DNA of 33,786 bases from Octopus bimaculoides (taxonomy: Eukaryota): positions 10,699,050 to 10,732,835 of the forward strand of contig NC_068981.1 of the NCBI RefSeq assembly GCF_001194135.2. The letters are read 5' to 3'. Positions 11,172-23,075 of the stretch are shown here, piece by piece. The notes below the pieces were generated by a model that was given only the letters and a program-made list of their open reading frames with translations, did not search any database and was not told the origin of the DNA. The position numbers and the translations under genes were made by a program. The stretch's first letter is position 1. Every line of letters begins with the position of its first letter.

Positions 11172-11302
11172 ATAATCAATGTGCTGTACTTGCAAAGGAT
11201 GTGATGGAAAAGTTGGGTCGTAATTCGGGAAGGAAGTTTTTGGAATGGTTTGGCAACATCTTAAGGATTAAATGTGGCAATGCTGACATTACCTTCAAAC
11301 AG
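11172..11302 (+). CDS. Patatin-like gene exon 3
   Basis: ttag|(D)NQCAVLAKDVMEKLGRNSGRKFLEWFGNILRIKCGNADITFKQ|gtgag, phase 1/0; G.....WF..........DITFxQ family motif. Confidence 0.88.
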
Positions 11303-11418
11303 GTGAGTTTGATATTTTCGCCACAGGTTCTCTTCGTCGTTAGTGTTTAAAAGTGAGTTTGTGATAGCTGTGCATTCGGATGTTATATTCTCTAGGCATG
11401 ACTGTGTGGTACGATTGA

Positions 11419-11530
11419 ATCCCTCCATTTAAGCGCTCGCGCGCATTCCCATTCAGTCCCTCCACTTGAGCTCTCGTGCACACTCCGATGAAAATCCCTC
11501 CACTTTAGTGCTCGCGAGCACTCCGATTAA
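11419..11530. repeat. Three imperfect ~37-bp direct repeats, one with a 14-bp palindrome
   Basis: Each unit starts tccctcca(c/t)tt; gtgctcgcgagcac is a perfect palindrome. Confidence 0.7.
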
Positions 11531-12423
11531 AATCACTTTTCCATTCGCAAAATGTGCCCCTTTTAATTTTGTTTAGATGGCTTTCAATTTTGGTGTATCG
11601 ATACAACTGTGAATTTGATTAAGATCAACCAATTACTATATCTCAAATTAAAGAATCTGATGTTATTTTGAATTAAAGTTGGGAAATTTGGGTAATTTTA
11701 ACCAATCAACGGACAGCTAGGTGTTAACAGCTTGTTACCGTGACAACCGCACGTTGTGTTGTTTCACCCACATGTGTTGGCTCTTCACACCACCAGATTT
11801 ACTTCATCCGCGTCTTTTTTCTTTAATAAGAATTTATATTTATCAATTAGAATTATATTAAATTTTTCACCAATTGTCTTTATATTTTACATATTTTTCA
11901 TATATAGCAAAAATAGTTTGCGATGTTTACAGTTTCTTAGCATTATGAAGGTGAATGGAATATGTGAACTTAGTACAGATAATTTGACATCAGTTTTGAA
12001 TTCTGCATGCAAAAACAAGATGCAGGGATTCTTTTTCTTTGGACAAATTCTTTGTTGACCAGTGTTATTCTTATCGTAGTTTACATATCCAAGCATGAAA
12101 TCGTTACACAACTATGAAGTTTTGGAGACAGACGCCCATTTTCTCAACTGACTTACTGGCTGGCTGGGCTTCGCTAACTGGCTAAACTCAGCAGCCGTCT
12201 CGCTTGCTCACTCACGGCGTACAGAATATTGAAATACGCATAACTAAACACAATCATTGCGCAGACAAAAGAAACAATAAGATGATACCTGTTTATTTTA
12301 TAAAGTATTTCTGTTTATATAGAAACTTACAATGCGGTGGTCATTTCACAGACGCTGAAGTGTAAATTTCACAGGGTACAACCTTAAGTTGACACCGCTC
12401 CGCTAAGCGCAGAATGTTTCTTT

Positions 12424-12490
12424 AGGTTTAAAAATCTAAACTGTATTTTTAGCTAAAAGGCTAAAAATACAGTTGTAGATTTTTAAACCT
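12424..12490. repeat. 67-bp near-perfect inverted repeat (hairpin)
   Basis: aggtttaaaaatctaaactgtatttttagc-taaaag-gctaaaaatacagttgtagatttttaaacct; 30-bp stem with one bulged G. Confidence 0.9.
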
Positions 12491-12631
12491 TTTCTTCTCC
12501 AATTTTTTTCTCCACAACATCATAGCAATTAGCCTGGAAAGGTATATTATTATAGCCGATTTTCACATTATTTTACTGTCTTTTGAAAAATGCATTTTTT
12601 TTTTGCTAATGAAAAAAATGTAGATCCAAGA

Positions 12632-12970
12632 TCCCTCCACTTCAACGCACACTCGTGGCACCCCGGTTACGACGACGAGGGTTCCAGTTGATCCGATCAA
12701 CGGAACAGCCTACTCGTGAAATTAAGACAAATGTCCCCTTAACGTAGTTCTCGGAGATTCAGCGTGACACAGGTTTTGACAAAGCTGGCCCTTTGAAATA
12801 CAGGTACAACAAGAACAGGAAGTTGTGGTGAAAAAGTACAGCACGTTTCGCCACCATCCCCTGCCGGAGCCTCGTGGAGCTTTAGGTGTTGTCGCTCAAA
12901 CACTCTCAATGCCCTGTCTGGGAATTGAAACCGCGAGTCTGCTGTCCTAACCATAAGGCCATTGCTCCTC
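12632..12970 (-). mobile_element. tRNA-derived SINE family C
   Basis: Reverse-complement similarity to 31159-31543 (ggaacagcc..ctcgtgaaatta; gggaattgaaaccgcga B box). Confidence 0.8.
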
Positions 12971-14211
12971 CCCTGAACATAAAAAAAAATAAACACTTGC
13001 TATCTCACATGTTAACAAAAGGATTTACATGCTCGCGCCCGTGAGTGAAAAATACTTACATGCACGGCTCTGGCCCTTTCTCACGGACACTCAATTCTTC
13101 TATGCGAAGGAAAGTACGACAAATACTTTTACTTTTCTAACGAAAATAAATGACTAGAAGAACTACATACATACTCTCTTGCTTAACTTCAACAACTAAG
13201 TAAAAACAGTACTCACTCGCCGGCTGGCTACACCATCACATATGCACCACACCAGGCCAGCAAAACAAGAGAGTAAAACACTAACTACATCATAACATAC
13301 ACACCACATTGCACGACACCACACCAAACCAGCAGAAGTAGACAGAAACTAACAGGAAAACTTATTCGCTATCACATATACACCACACCATTTCCAGTTT
13401 GCTATTACCCCTTCCTTCCTTATTCATGTTGTGACGGAGAAAAGCACGAGTATTATTATAGTAGATTGTTATGCAGAGCACTCTCTCGACCCTTCAACGT
13501 ATTAGGGTCCAGGAAAACATAGCAAATTCACACCTTCCCCACGTCTGGAAAAATGACTATCATCCAATGGCCACCCTGCATGCTGGATCAAAGCTGAAGG
13601 CCTCCAGTAGCTTTCTGTCCCCGTTGCTTCTTTCCATATAGCTCCTGTACTTAAGTGTGAGGGCGTCTTGGTTTGCTGAACAACCAAATATTATTGTAGG
13701 CATGGTTTGTGCAGACCCAGTTCCAATATCTGATCCCTCGAACTTGTCTTGATCTGGTGCAACGAGTACCACGATGAAATGTTTGTGTGGCGTTAGCTTC
13801 ACTTAGACGAACAGCAAAAGAACTAAGAGCTGAATGGTTTCTTCCGGTTTGGGTCGATTGGAGTGTTTGTGAGCGACCTATTTCTGGATCCAATTACGTG
13901 ATATGCTAGTTAACCCGAAATACAGTAAACACGGGGAACAATGGTGATTCAGAGCTGGTTCTACACTCCTGGAAACTCTGGAAGTCTCATGCTAAGTGCT
14001 CACTCACTCATTCATTAAATACGCGTGCGCGCGCGCGCCTGTGAGTATATACATATATGTTCATAAATATTTGACACATAGTGGATACAGTGTGTGAACA
14101 CACACACACACACGCACAATAACAAAAATTTCTATATATATATTTATATACATATATAATGTATAGATATATATAAACATATTACACAAACTGGATTATT
14201 TGATCTGACAG

Positions 14212-14347
14212 CTACATGACCAGACTGGCAAAGAGCTCTGTATTGTTGCGATGAATCTTAGCCGGAGGTGCGAAGAATATTTTCATGTGAAAACTACTCC
14301 AGATGCTGTGATACGCCGTGCAGTTCTCATGACCATATCATTCCCAG
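14212..14347 (+). CDS. Patatin-like gene exon 4
   Basis: gacag|LHDQTGKELCIVAMNLSRRCEEYFHVKTTPDAVIRRAVLMTISFP G|gtatc, phase 0/1; GKELC.V..N and KTTP...I..AV.MS.S.PG motifs. Confidence 0.9.
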
Positions 14348-15366
14348 GTATCTTGCATTTTAATCTCTGATAATGATGAATACTTTTCTTTTTCTAATCA
14401 TCTATCGAATTTCAGTTTCCAGCCTGTAACTGTACTAACTTTTGAAGTTTGTATTGTTTCAATACGCTTTTATGAACAGAAGCTATGTTAATCCCTCAAG
14501 GTGTATATTCTATAGTGCCAATAACTAGTCAATCATTCGTATAACTATTCGAAGTTCGTTATACGAGTCAACGGAGCCTCTACTTGGTAATTTTAGCCTT
14601 CAAAAAAAAAAAAAAATGCCAAATTCGGCTCAAACCACACTTTATAATAATTTTAGAGGAAAGTTCTTGGGTACTAAATTCAAGAATACATGAGCTTGCT
14701 TTATCAAGAGTTGGCTGTTTAGTTTAAGCTAAGACAAAACAGATAACCTCGAATACTTAGCCCTTTTTCTAATCGCTGGTGACTCTTGGCATTCAGATAG
14801 ATATAATAAAGTTTTACAAATATTTTTTGTAATGCCAAGAAAATATGGCGTTCAAACAACTGAATAGGCTTAGCGGAATTACGGGGCAGGGGTTAGCGGC
14901 AAATAACAATTTATAATTCCAGTAAAACTATAATACAATATATTTTAAATGTAATGAAGCATAATGTCCGGCAGTGTAAGGAGGTGATTTAATTTTCCAT
15001 ATGACTTTTATAAGGTTACAGCCGTTTCGTAACATTCGTGTACTATTTTCAATTTGAGTCTGCAAAATTATAGATACAAGATTGTATTCCGTATGTATTC
15101 TCAGCATTATACAATTGTGTATTCACAACTTGAAGCAAGTAAGGCTTACTCTTCAAATCACTGGGACATTATGGCTACATCTACAATTTAACTCTAATAT
15201 GATACAGAATAATGGTAAATAACGTAGTGATATCTGTATTGTGTGCTTGTCATACAATTGGTTATTATTGCCTGTCGATTTCTGGATGGATGTCATTTTA
15301 GTTGCCGTGTGTCGTTTTGACACCGTTGTTGTTATGCGTGACATTGTTTTCTAAATCAATTTTCAG

Positions 15367-15462
15367 GTATGTTTCAGCCAGTCAAGTACCATGTCGATGG
15401 ACAAGAATCGTATTACTTAGATGGTGGAATAATTTGCAATTATCCGATTAATTGCTTCGACG
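15367..15462 (+). CDS. Patatin-like gene exon 5 (DGG motif)
   Basis: ttttcag|(G)MFQPVKYHVDGQESYYLDGGIICNYPINCFD G|gtgggt; DGG..xNYP motif. Confidence 0.92.
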
Positions 15463-17214
15463 GTGGGTATGAAAGTCCTTTTAATGTTATTAATATTTTG
15501 AGAACAGAGGCAGATCCTTAAATAGATAGGGATCCTAATTTCTATAACAAATAATTTGGTGTGAATGTCTTTTTCTCTCTGTATAAACATACGACCGAGG
15601 GACATGAGCTGCACGAAAATGAAAGAAGCAATAGTATATTGTTGAGAGCAAATCTTTCCCAATATTTCTATGTAAACATTGCGATCAAGTTTTAAATTTC
15701 CCCGACATCTGACATCACATATTTAATCCATATTGAGAGTTAGACACAAGACCTGAAATTTTGTGGGGAGGGTTACATGAATCCCAGTGCTCGACTGAGA
15801 TGCACATCCTCGACTAAAAATAAAGTACATGTATTTTCTCATTGGTTCAATCGTCACCGACATGGGATAACAGGTTACGCTCAGTTGTGAACCACGTTAC
15901 ACTTACCACGGATTGATCTGAGATAATGCGGGTTGTTGATCAGCCGAAGGTTCTTGTACCGCACAACTGCAATCCAGCGAACTTCCACAATGCTCAGTTA
16001 ACAAGAATGTTCTGATTATCATGACTTGTGACGCCGCGTATTTTCTGGTGACAGATTTTCGTACTTATTAATCTGGAGCAATTGAGCAGAGAATACTCTG
16101 TACAGGAGTGGTGTGTTTGTGTGTGTGTGTGTNNNNNNNNNNNNNNNNNNNNNNNNNNNNNNGGGGGGGGGGGGGTAGAAAATACGAGATAGTGGGAGCT
16201 TCGCTGCTGTGAGTTTGGTGTCTATGAATCGACCATTCGTTCAACGTATCGAGTGCGTGGAGAAATCCCGGTGAATAACTAGGAAAGACGAACTGAAGGA
16301 GCTTTAATATTGTAAAAAAACGTGAGCTGTATTTATAAACTATTCCCAGGTGAGACAGATGATTGAAATTATTTCATGTAGAACGAAATCATTAACTTCG
16401 CAGCAGATATCAGACAACAGCAACAGATTCCACTAAATCGATGAGTCTCACACGAAGGGAAAAGGGGGATGTGAGTTCGAGTCCACAGCTAGTCACCTAC
16501 ACTTTTCTCTGCAAAATAGGGATAGTTTATCCTGTTCAGGCTATATTAGCATTATTCTGCGATTGAGAATTTAAAATCACTTCTTTAACTTTCTAAAAGA
16601 CATCTCAACGCTTCTAAAAGCAAACTTCGTTTGTTTGTTTACGTTTGTCATAATTTGAATTTAACCTGAAAATTATTTCGTCAGCTGTCTGTCCAAATAA
16701 GATTTTTATTTCACTCCTCACACGTTAATTTCCAACATTGCGATTGTTTTATTTCGAGATTTGAAGTTGCCACATGTCTTGTATAAATTTAAAGTGAAAG
16801 GTTTGAATAAATCCGTCAACTTAGACTTTAAAGCTTTGTATATTTTATACTTAGTGAGTTTTACTTCTCGTCTCATTGAGTTTGTTACTGTTTAATGTCT
16901 AAGTGTTATATCGTTATACCTAGAACCGATGCACTCAACCAAATTTTAAATTTTTACTCGGAATCTTTAGAACAATCCACACGAAATCCTTGTTAGACTA
17001 TCGCAAGCGAAGTAAGGAGTGGCTAGTTTGTAATGGGTTGTAGTCGTTTAACATATTGTAATAGTCAAATCAAATATTAAAAATGCATTCAAAATATATT
17101 TGGTTCGGCAACACATACGTACAGTATGTAATATATGTAGTGCTGCGAGGCTAATTAAGTTGCATTTAACGGAGAAATTATTTAAATACTTATGAAAAGC
17201 CATTTTATATTCAG

Positions 17215-17339
17215 GTTGGTGGCTGTCGATGGAATCAAAGAACAACTTTGTGGATCGGTGTTGTTCTGCGGCTGATGTTACAACTTTGTACAAAGGACGT
17301 TTCTTAGGCAAGAACTACGCCACACTAGGAATACTTTTG
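17215..17339 (+). CDS. Patatin-like gene exon 6
   Basis: ttcag|(G)WWLSMESKNNFVDRCCSAADVTTLYKGRFLGKNYATLGILL|gtgagt, phase 1/0. Confidence 0.88.
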
Positions 17340-18704
17340 GTGAGTTACTTTATATAATTAAAGCAAAACATTTGCTTCATGCGATTTTTACACTTTAAAA
17401 TATGAGAGGTATTGCCAGAATGATTGGTGTCGGAAATAATGCCAGTATACTTTAGATTCCATTATCTTCGTTTTGAGCTCATATCTTGCCAATGTCAGCT
17501 TTTCATTCTAGTAGTTCTCAAAGTACTGAAGGCGAAATGGTATTAGATTTATAGCTACAAATCTATGTACCATAAAATATATAGATTTCTATATTTATAG
17601 ATATGGATTTATACTTCTACAGATTTATTTGTATAAATCCATAAAGGTATATTTATACTTGTTTGTAACACCTATATAAACAGGTAAAAATACTTATACT
17701 ATTGGTAACAGTGAACACTAATGATTACACTAATACAAATATCCTTATAAACTACTTAAAAGTATTAGTTTGTTAGCATTAGATGTGACTGGAATTAGCA
17801 AGTAACTATTGGTTTAGAAGAGGTTTAACATTTCAGGCAGATCCTCTTATTTGATTCAGATATTGGAGCGACAGACATCTTTAAAAATAAATGAATAAAA
17901 TAGAATGAAATTTAAATCTGTTTCAGTATGACAACTATCATTATACGGAAGAGTACTGCATTGTTAAGCAACAACTCTGCATGGCTGAGACGAATGCATT
18001 GATACCTGATACGAAGCTCGGAAGGTATTTAATTACTAAACATTTTCCTAATCGTTTATAAGTGATTTGGGAATGGCCGACTGGTAGAGAAGAAATTCGC
18101 TTCATAACTATTTGGTTTCGTGTTTGTATCTTTAGCAGCATCTTTAGGAAATCGCTTCTATGATATCCTGGGAGCAACGAAAGCTTTATTAGGGAAATTT
18201 GGAAGGCTAAAACTTAGGCTAAAACTTAGGCTAAAACTTTGTGGATGGTAGAATAATCGGTCTCTCCTGGATTTAAATAATGCTAATTCCTACAGAGTCC
18301 CAAGGGCCTGCGAAGCAAAGTTCCAATGCGAGGAGAATTCCTTCCATCAATTATGATGCTGAAAAGGCCTGGAGACTGGCATTGTTTTTTCTAAGACTTT
18401 AAAAACACATTTCCTTAAATCAACTTTTTTACGATAGATTTAAACAGCCCTATACTTCAATTTCGTAGATGGAAACTGAAATAAACCTGAGTGTGTGCTT
18501 GTTCCCCCCCACCACACACCGCTTGAAAACTGGTGTTAATTTAAGTCTTTGTAAGCACTGACGCCCATTCTGTGGCTATGGTTTTTAAAAGGAACAAAAG
18601 CTTACTTTTGAAAGGTATATTGGTTAAATTGTAGCTGGATCTACATTAGTATTACCTGAATCTGAAGAGTTCATCATTACCATTTTAACTTTATATACTC
18701 TTTT

Positions 18705-18868
18705 ACTTGTTTCAGTCATTTGACTGCGGCCATGCTGAAGCACCGCCTTTAGTCGAGCAAATCGACCCCGGGACTTATTTTTGTAAGCCTAGTACTTATT
18801 CTATCGGTCTCTTTTTGCCGAGTGACGGACATAAACACACCAGCATCGGTTGTCAAGCAATGCTAGGA

Positions 18869-18933
<65 letters not shown>

Positions 18934-19108
18934 CGTATATACGACGGGCTTCTTTCAGTTTCCGTCTACCAAATCCACTCACAAGGCTTTGGTCGGCCCG
19001 AGGCTATAGTAGAAGACACTTGCCCAAGGTGCCACGCAGTGGGACTGAACCCGGAACCATGTGGTTGGTAAGCAAGCTACTTACCACACAGCCACTCCTG
19101 CGCCTATA
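18705..19108 (-). mobile_element. Full-length SINE family B (tRNA head, CORE-like domain, internal (GT)n)
   Basis: Reverse complement ggcgcaggagtggctgtgtggtaag...ggttcagtcccactgcgtggcaccttgggcaagtgtcttc...gatagaataagtac... Confidence 0.9.
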
Positions 19109-19286
19109 GCCACTCCTGCTCAGATTCTGTAAAACATTTTTTCGGATTCTTTTAAATCACTCGAAACACAAAATCAGGTTGTGCATATAATTTTAATTTT
19201 TCCTTCTAATAAGCTAACCTCTAATGATCTAATTAAATCTCTTTGTAAATTAATATTTCCCCAATCTGAAATTTCTTGGCAGACAA

Positions 19287-19367
19287 TTTAATGATGCTTC
19301 AGAGATATCGATGTTACAAATGGAAGTGTTTGAACGGTTTTCTGACAGCAATGAACAATTCTGCATG
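19287..19367 (+). CDS. Patatin-like gene exon 7 (acceptor uncertain)
   Basis: Open frame FNDASEISMLQMEVFERFSDSNEQFCM|gtaagt. The expected start at 19287 follows CAA, not AG; the nearest in-frame AG gives a start at 19305. Confidence 0.6.
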
Positions 19368-19797
19368 GTAAGTTGTGTACTTTTGTCGGGTGACTGGCAC
19401 GTTGCCTAACAGTAACTAGGATTAGTAGTTTCTACTGAGAAATTGTACTAGCAGTTAAGACAATCATAGTTATGTTTAAGCAAAGTGAAAGCTCCTAAAA
19501 TCATAATTTACTTGATCTAACAGATTAGTTTATGCATGCATCCATATTCTCACCCAAAATTTCCTTAAGGGTTATGAGGGTAGACTTCAGACCTCCCCCG
19601 TAAGGTCCTCTGAGAAACAACCTTCATTACACTTTGCGGCTGGATTCCCTATCGTTACAAAGATTATGGATATTAGCCAACCACCTTGTTCTTAGTTTAT
19701 CCCTTAGGTCTCTCATCGATTGGTTTTGCTTGGAAACTCCGTCTTGTAACTCCAGTCCGTTTTACCGGAGCTATGATCTCTCACTGCGGAGAAGTAG

Positions 19798-20024
19798 AGG
19801 CTCGATCTGGAGAAACTCCTTAATCTTGGAGCTACAAACCCAATGAGTAGTTACTCGGGTGGATTTGAACCGGAAGACAGTGTCAGAAGTGCTGATGGGC
19901 ACTTTGTTCGACGTACTGACGAATCTGTTAGGCAGCTACTTCATGTTTATAAGATCTTGCTGGATTATGCTTACACTCCGGAGGATAAAATTAGAGAGCA
20001 TTTCATTGCAGATCACTTTAAGAA
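19798..20024 (+). CDS. Probable patatin-like gene exon 8 (boundaries uncertain)
   Basis: Open frame ...MSSYSGGFEPEDSVRSADGHFVRRTDESVRQLLHVYKILLDYAYTPEDKIREHFIADHFK. Possible donors after 19944 (phase 0) or 20024 (phase 2), each compatible with one exon-9 acceptor. Confidence 0.4.
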
Positions 20025-20210
20025 GTCTGTCCAAATCTGTTTTCATATATTTTAATACACTACAACGAATGGTCTCTTTTGATCAAAATCCTTTGCAACA
20101 TATTTTAAAACTGAATTAAGAATAGATTTCAGATTTTAAGTAACTGTAGCTTCCATAAAATTACATACATGCTATTGGCTATAATACAAATGGCAGCCAT
20201 TTTGTTGCAG

Positions 20211-20282
20211 TTGTTGGACAGCTTGAAAGATTGCGATGATGCTGTGGAAATAAATTCATTGGCAAAAGTATTAAGCAGCAAT
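20211..20282 (+). CDS. Patatin-like gene exon 9
   Basis: ttttgttgcag|LLDSLKDCDDAVEINSLAKVLSSN|gtaagt; alternative acceptor starts at 20222. Confidence 0.65.
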
Positions 20283-20429
20283 GTAAGTAAAACCATTAGA
20301 TTCGTCTTTCTTTACTCATCCCTGCAGTATATAATATTTTGACTTGGTTGTGATGTAATAGTTGCATGTTAGAATCATATGGAATTAAATCTGATCAGCT
20401 GCGAAGTTCAACTATTTCCGAAAGCCGTA

Positions 20430-20690
20430 GACTGCACTGCTGAAGGATCGCTCACCGACACTCGTCAAGCATTAGTCTTACTTCCTGTCAGTCCTGCACC
20501 AGCATGTGATGTACTGAATGTTGCATGTCCCTTATACTTACTGTCCTTATTATCTTAACTGTCTAACTATGCACCGAACCGTTTTGCAAAAGTTGCAGCA
20601 TGTTTCTCCACTCATCTTAAGAATACAGCTAATGTTCAGTTTCATGCTTTATCACAAGCTTGGACAGACGTAAAATGTTCACTGAAATTG
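20430..20690 (-). mobile_element. Possible highly degraded Tigger N-terminal (HTH) remnant
   Basis: Minus frames give MKLNI..GET and MLVQD*QEVRL, loosely like Tigger MKLDI..GE and WIEDQ.QRR; many stops. Confidence 0.25.
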
Positions 20691-21685
20691 TCAAATTAGA
20701 AGTAAAAATCGGTAATTTGACGCAAAAGCTCTGTTTGTCTATCAAACTTCATTGACGGCATTAATCAACTTGACGATGGAATTGACTATTGACGAAGGTG
20801 CGGCACAATGGGTTCGCAATCGTAAGGTCATAGTTACTAAGCGAACCTTTTTATGCACACAGCCGCCATGCCCGCGTCTATATCACTGATATTTTACAAT
20901 AACACGCAATGTGTGACTCTCCGGTCAAGCAGATGGAGAGAAGGGTAAAACAAGAAACGGAGTGGGTGACTATCACAAACTCTGAAGGCAGGTGAATAGC
21001 ATTCAGATTTTTCTCTCGAGTCACTGGTATTTATGCTATAATAGAGAAAGCTGCTTATTAATTAGGCATGCAACAATTACTAAAAGTACTAAAAGAAAGC
21101 AATTATTACATGGTTGACCGTCTGGGAACATTTTTATAAATTCATGTTCTAAGAAATTTCCTGTAATTTCGATTTCTGAAGTTTCTTGAATTTTTTAACT
21201 CCAATTTCTCGCAAATTTAAATATTCATGCATCCAATTCACAACTTTAAATATTCATTGCATTCACTGCGGAGTAATCCATTCTCATTTGCAGAGTCTTT
21301 CAAGTTCTCTTATAAGTTTTCATTCGCAATTTGGGAAACCGTCAGCTTATTCTATTAATGTATACGTAATTATTTATTGAATGAAAAAAATTTAAATACT
21401 CGTATAATTTTTGAACGCGGGATAGATGTGAGAAAAGCCTAGAAAATTGGGTAATTACTTTTAGACGAGGAGAAAAAGTTACCGAGAAGTACTCGAAACT
21501 TGCACGCTATTCAGTTTCCAAACACTCTGTACCACTAAGCCAATATATACACGAGTTGCACGAGCGACTTCAACATTGACATACTCGCGCGCGCACATAG
21601 ATACACTGACACACAAATGAAAGGCAATGAATGTGTGTTTGCTGTTCATTGACAAAACTTGGCGCTGCATTACTTCTGCGAAGTT

Positions 21686-21881
21686 TTTTGTCAGTGAACA
21701 GGTCACGGTTTCAAAGTGAAGAAAATAGTTTGAGACAAATGAATTTTTAATTGCAGCGTGGAGGGTGTTTATAAGCCATTTAGGAAACGCACAAAAGCCG
21801 TTAGATCCTCTTCAACATTTAAAATTTAATTTGCCAAAATATTTCCGTCGCTTTGAGATCGAGACCTGTTCACTGACAAAA
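21686..21881. mobile_element. MITE-like element with 31-bp inverted repeats
   Basis: ttttgtcagtgaacaggtcacggtttcaaag versus ctttgagatcgagacctgttcactgacaaaa (3 mismatches). Confidence 0.6.
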
Positions 21882-21889
21882 TTCCGTTG

Positions 21890-22400
21890 TGTGTGTTTGT
21901 GTGTGTGAAGTTGTATACATATATAGACGCACGCATATATATGTGTGTGTGTGCGTTTGTTCCTCTCACCCCGTCTATCAGTGAATGGATACGTCTTAGG
22001 TTATATATGCGCATGTAACCTTATACATATTTACAAGTACACACAATCATATAGACACCTACACGCTCTCAAAAATATACGTATAATCTTAAAGTACACA
22101 CACACTACGCTTATCCATCTCTCTCTACACACACACACATATATATATGACACCGTTTTCAATGACAACGGTTAAAATTCAAATTTGCTTTTATTTTACA
22201 CGCATACATATACAATACATACGTATATCTACACACTAATACTTGCATGCATGTACATACTCATACACTAACATACTCACGTATACACACATACATCTAC
22301 AGATACGTATATACGTATCAAACTATATACGCTCATACGGTTATATATAACGACATATATTTATTTTAGTATCATGCATCTCAATATGTATGTATGGATT
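21890..22400. repeat. Degenerate (GT)/(CA)/(TA) low-complexity region
   Basis: Seen directly. Confidence 0.75.
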
Positions 22401-22639
22401 TCCACATGTAAATGAGAGAGAAGGGTAGCTAAAGAGGGGTCCTCCCGAGTGGAATCTTGATGTTATCCCATTGGGATTTACGGTTGAGAGTGGGTTTGTA
22501 TTCCTGTATACAGACAGCTTCAGTGACTTGTCTCAGCANNNNNNNNNNTTACGGTTGAGAGTGGGTTTGTATTCCTGTATACAGACAGCTTCAGTGACTT
22601 GTCTCAGCATTGCATCACTGGGATGTGTGGATAAGATGT

Positions 22640-23075
22640 TTAACTTTAGGTTAGTCGCACAAGCACCTTCTTGGAACTTAATCTGCTATACAGTGCTCTT
22701 GGTTTTGCAGTTCACATGTGGCTTTGTAGAACATACTACACAATTATTTTGACACGTGATTCTATCAAATGGATATGATCTACATAATGCAGATTTGATA
22801 GTCCTACCTGTCTTTTCTACAACTTTGATCTTAATGCCAGTTGTACGCAGAATTTTCTTGAATGCCTTGCTTAATTCGTTGTTAGGTGTAGCGTCAACAA
22901 ACATAACACTGAAATTTCTTGTTATCATACCAAATATTGTTTTTATTTCTTTTGTTGGTGTCCTTCTCTAACCGATTCCTGAACTAGTTGCAGTATAGGA
23001 GGCATATATAGTTTTCGTCTCTTAGAATGCGTTCGAATCTTGTTTTCGCTCCTTTTTAATGTTGAAGTGAAACTG
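22640..23075 (-). mobile_element. Penelope-like retroelement fragment (RT thumb, Cys-rich linker, start of GIY-YIG region)
   Basis: SVMFVDATPNNELSK..ILRTTGIKIKVVEKTGRTIKSAL.RSYPF..C..NCVVC...NCKTKSTV*QIK matches the PLE VMFVPxTP...IKVVExxG...C..C..C....VxYxI pattern. Confidence 0.7.

Noticed and set aside
11419-11530. ~37-bp palindromic repeats as a possible CRISPR array
   Set aside because: No unique spacers; the units are contiguous and diverged
18205-18240. Three copies of ggctaaaactta, and aatgtaaat x3 at ~182-210
   Set aside because: Ordinary short tandem slippage repeats with no further structure
22477-22610. ~62-bp exact direct repeat (tttacggttgagagtgggtttgtattcc...gtctcagca)
   Set aside because: The copies flank a 10-N gap, which is typical of a contig-overlap scaffolding artefact
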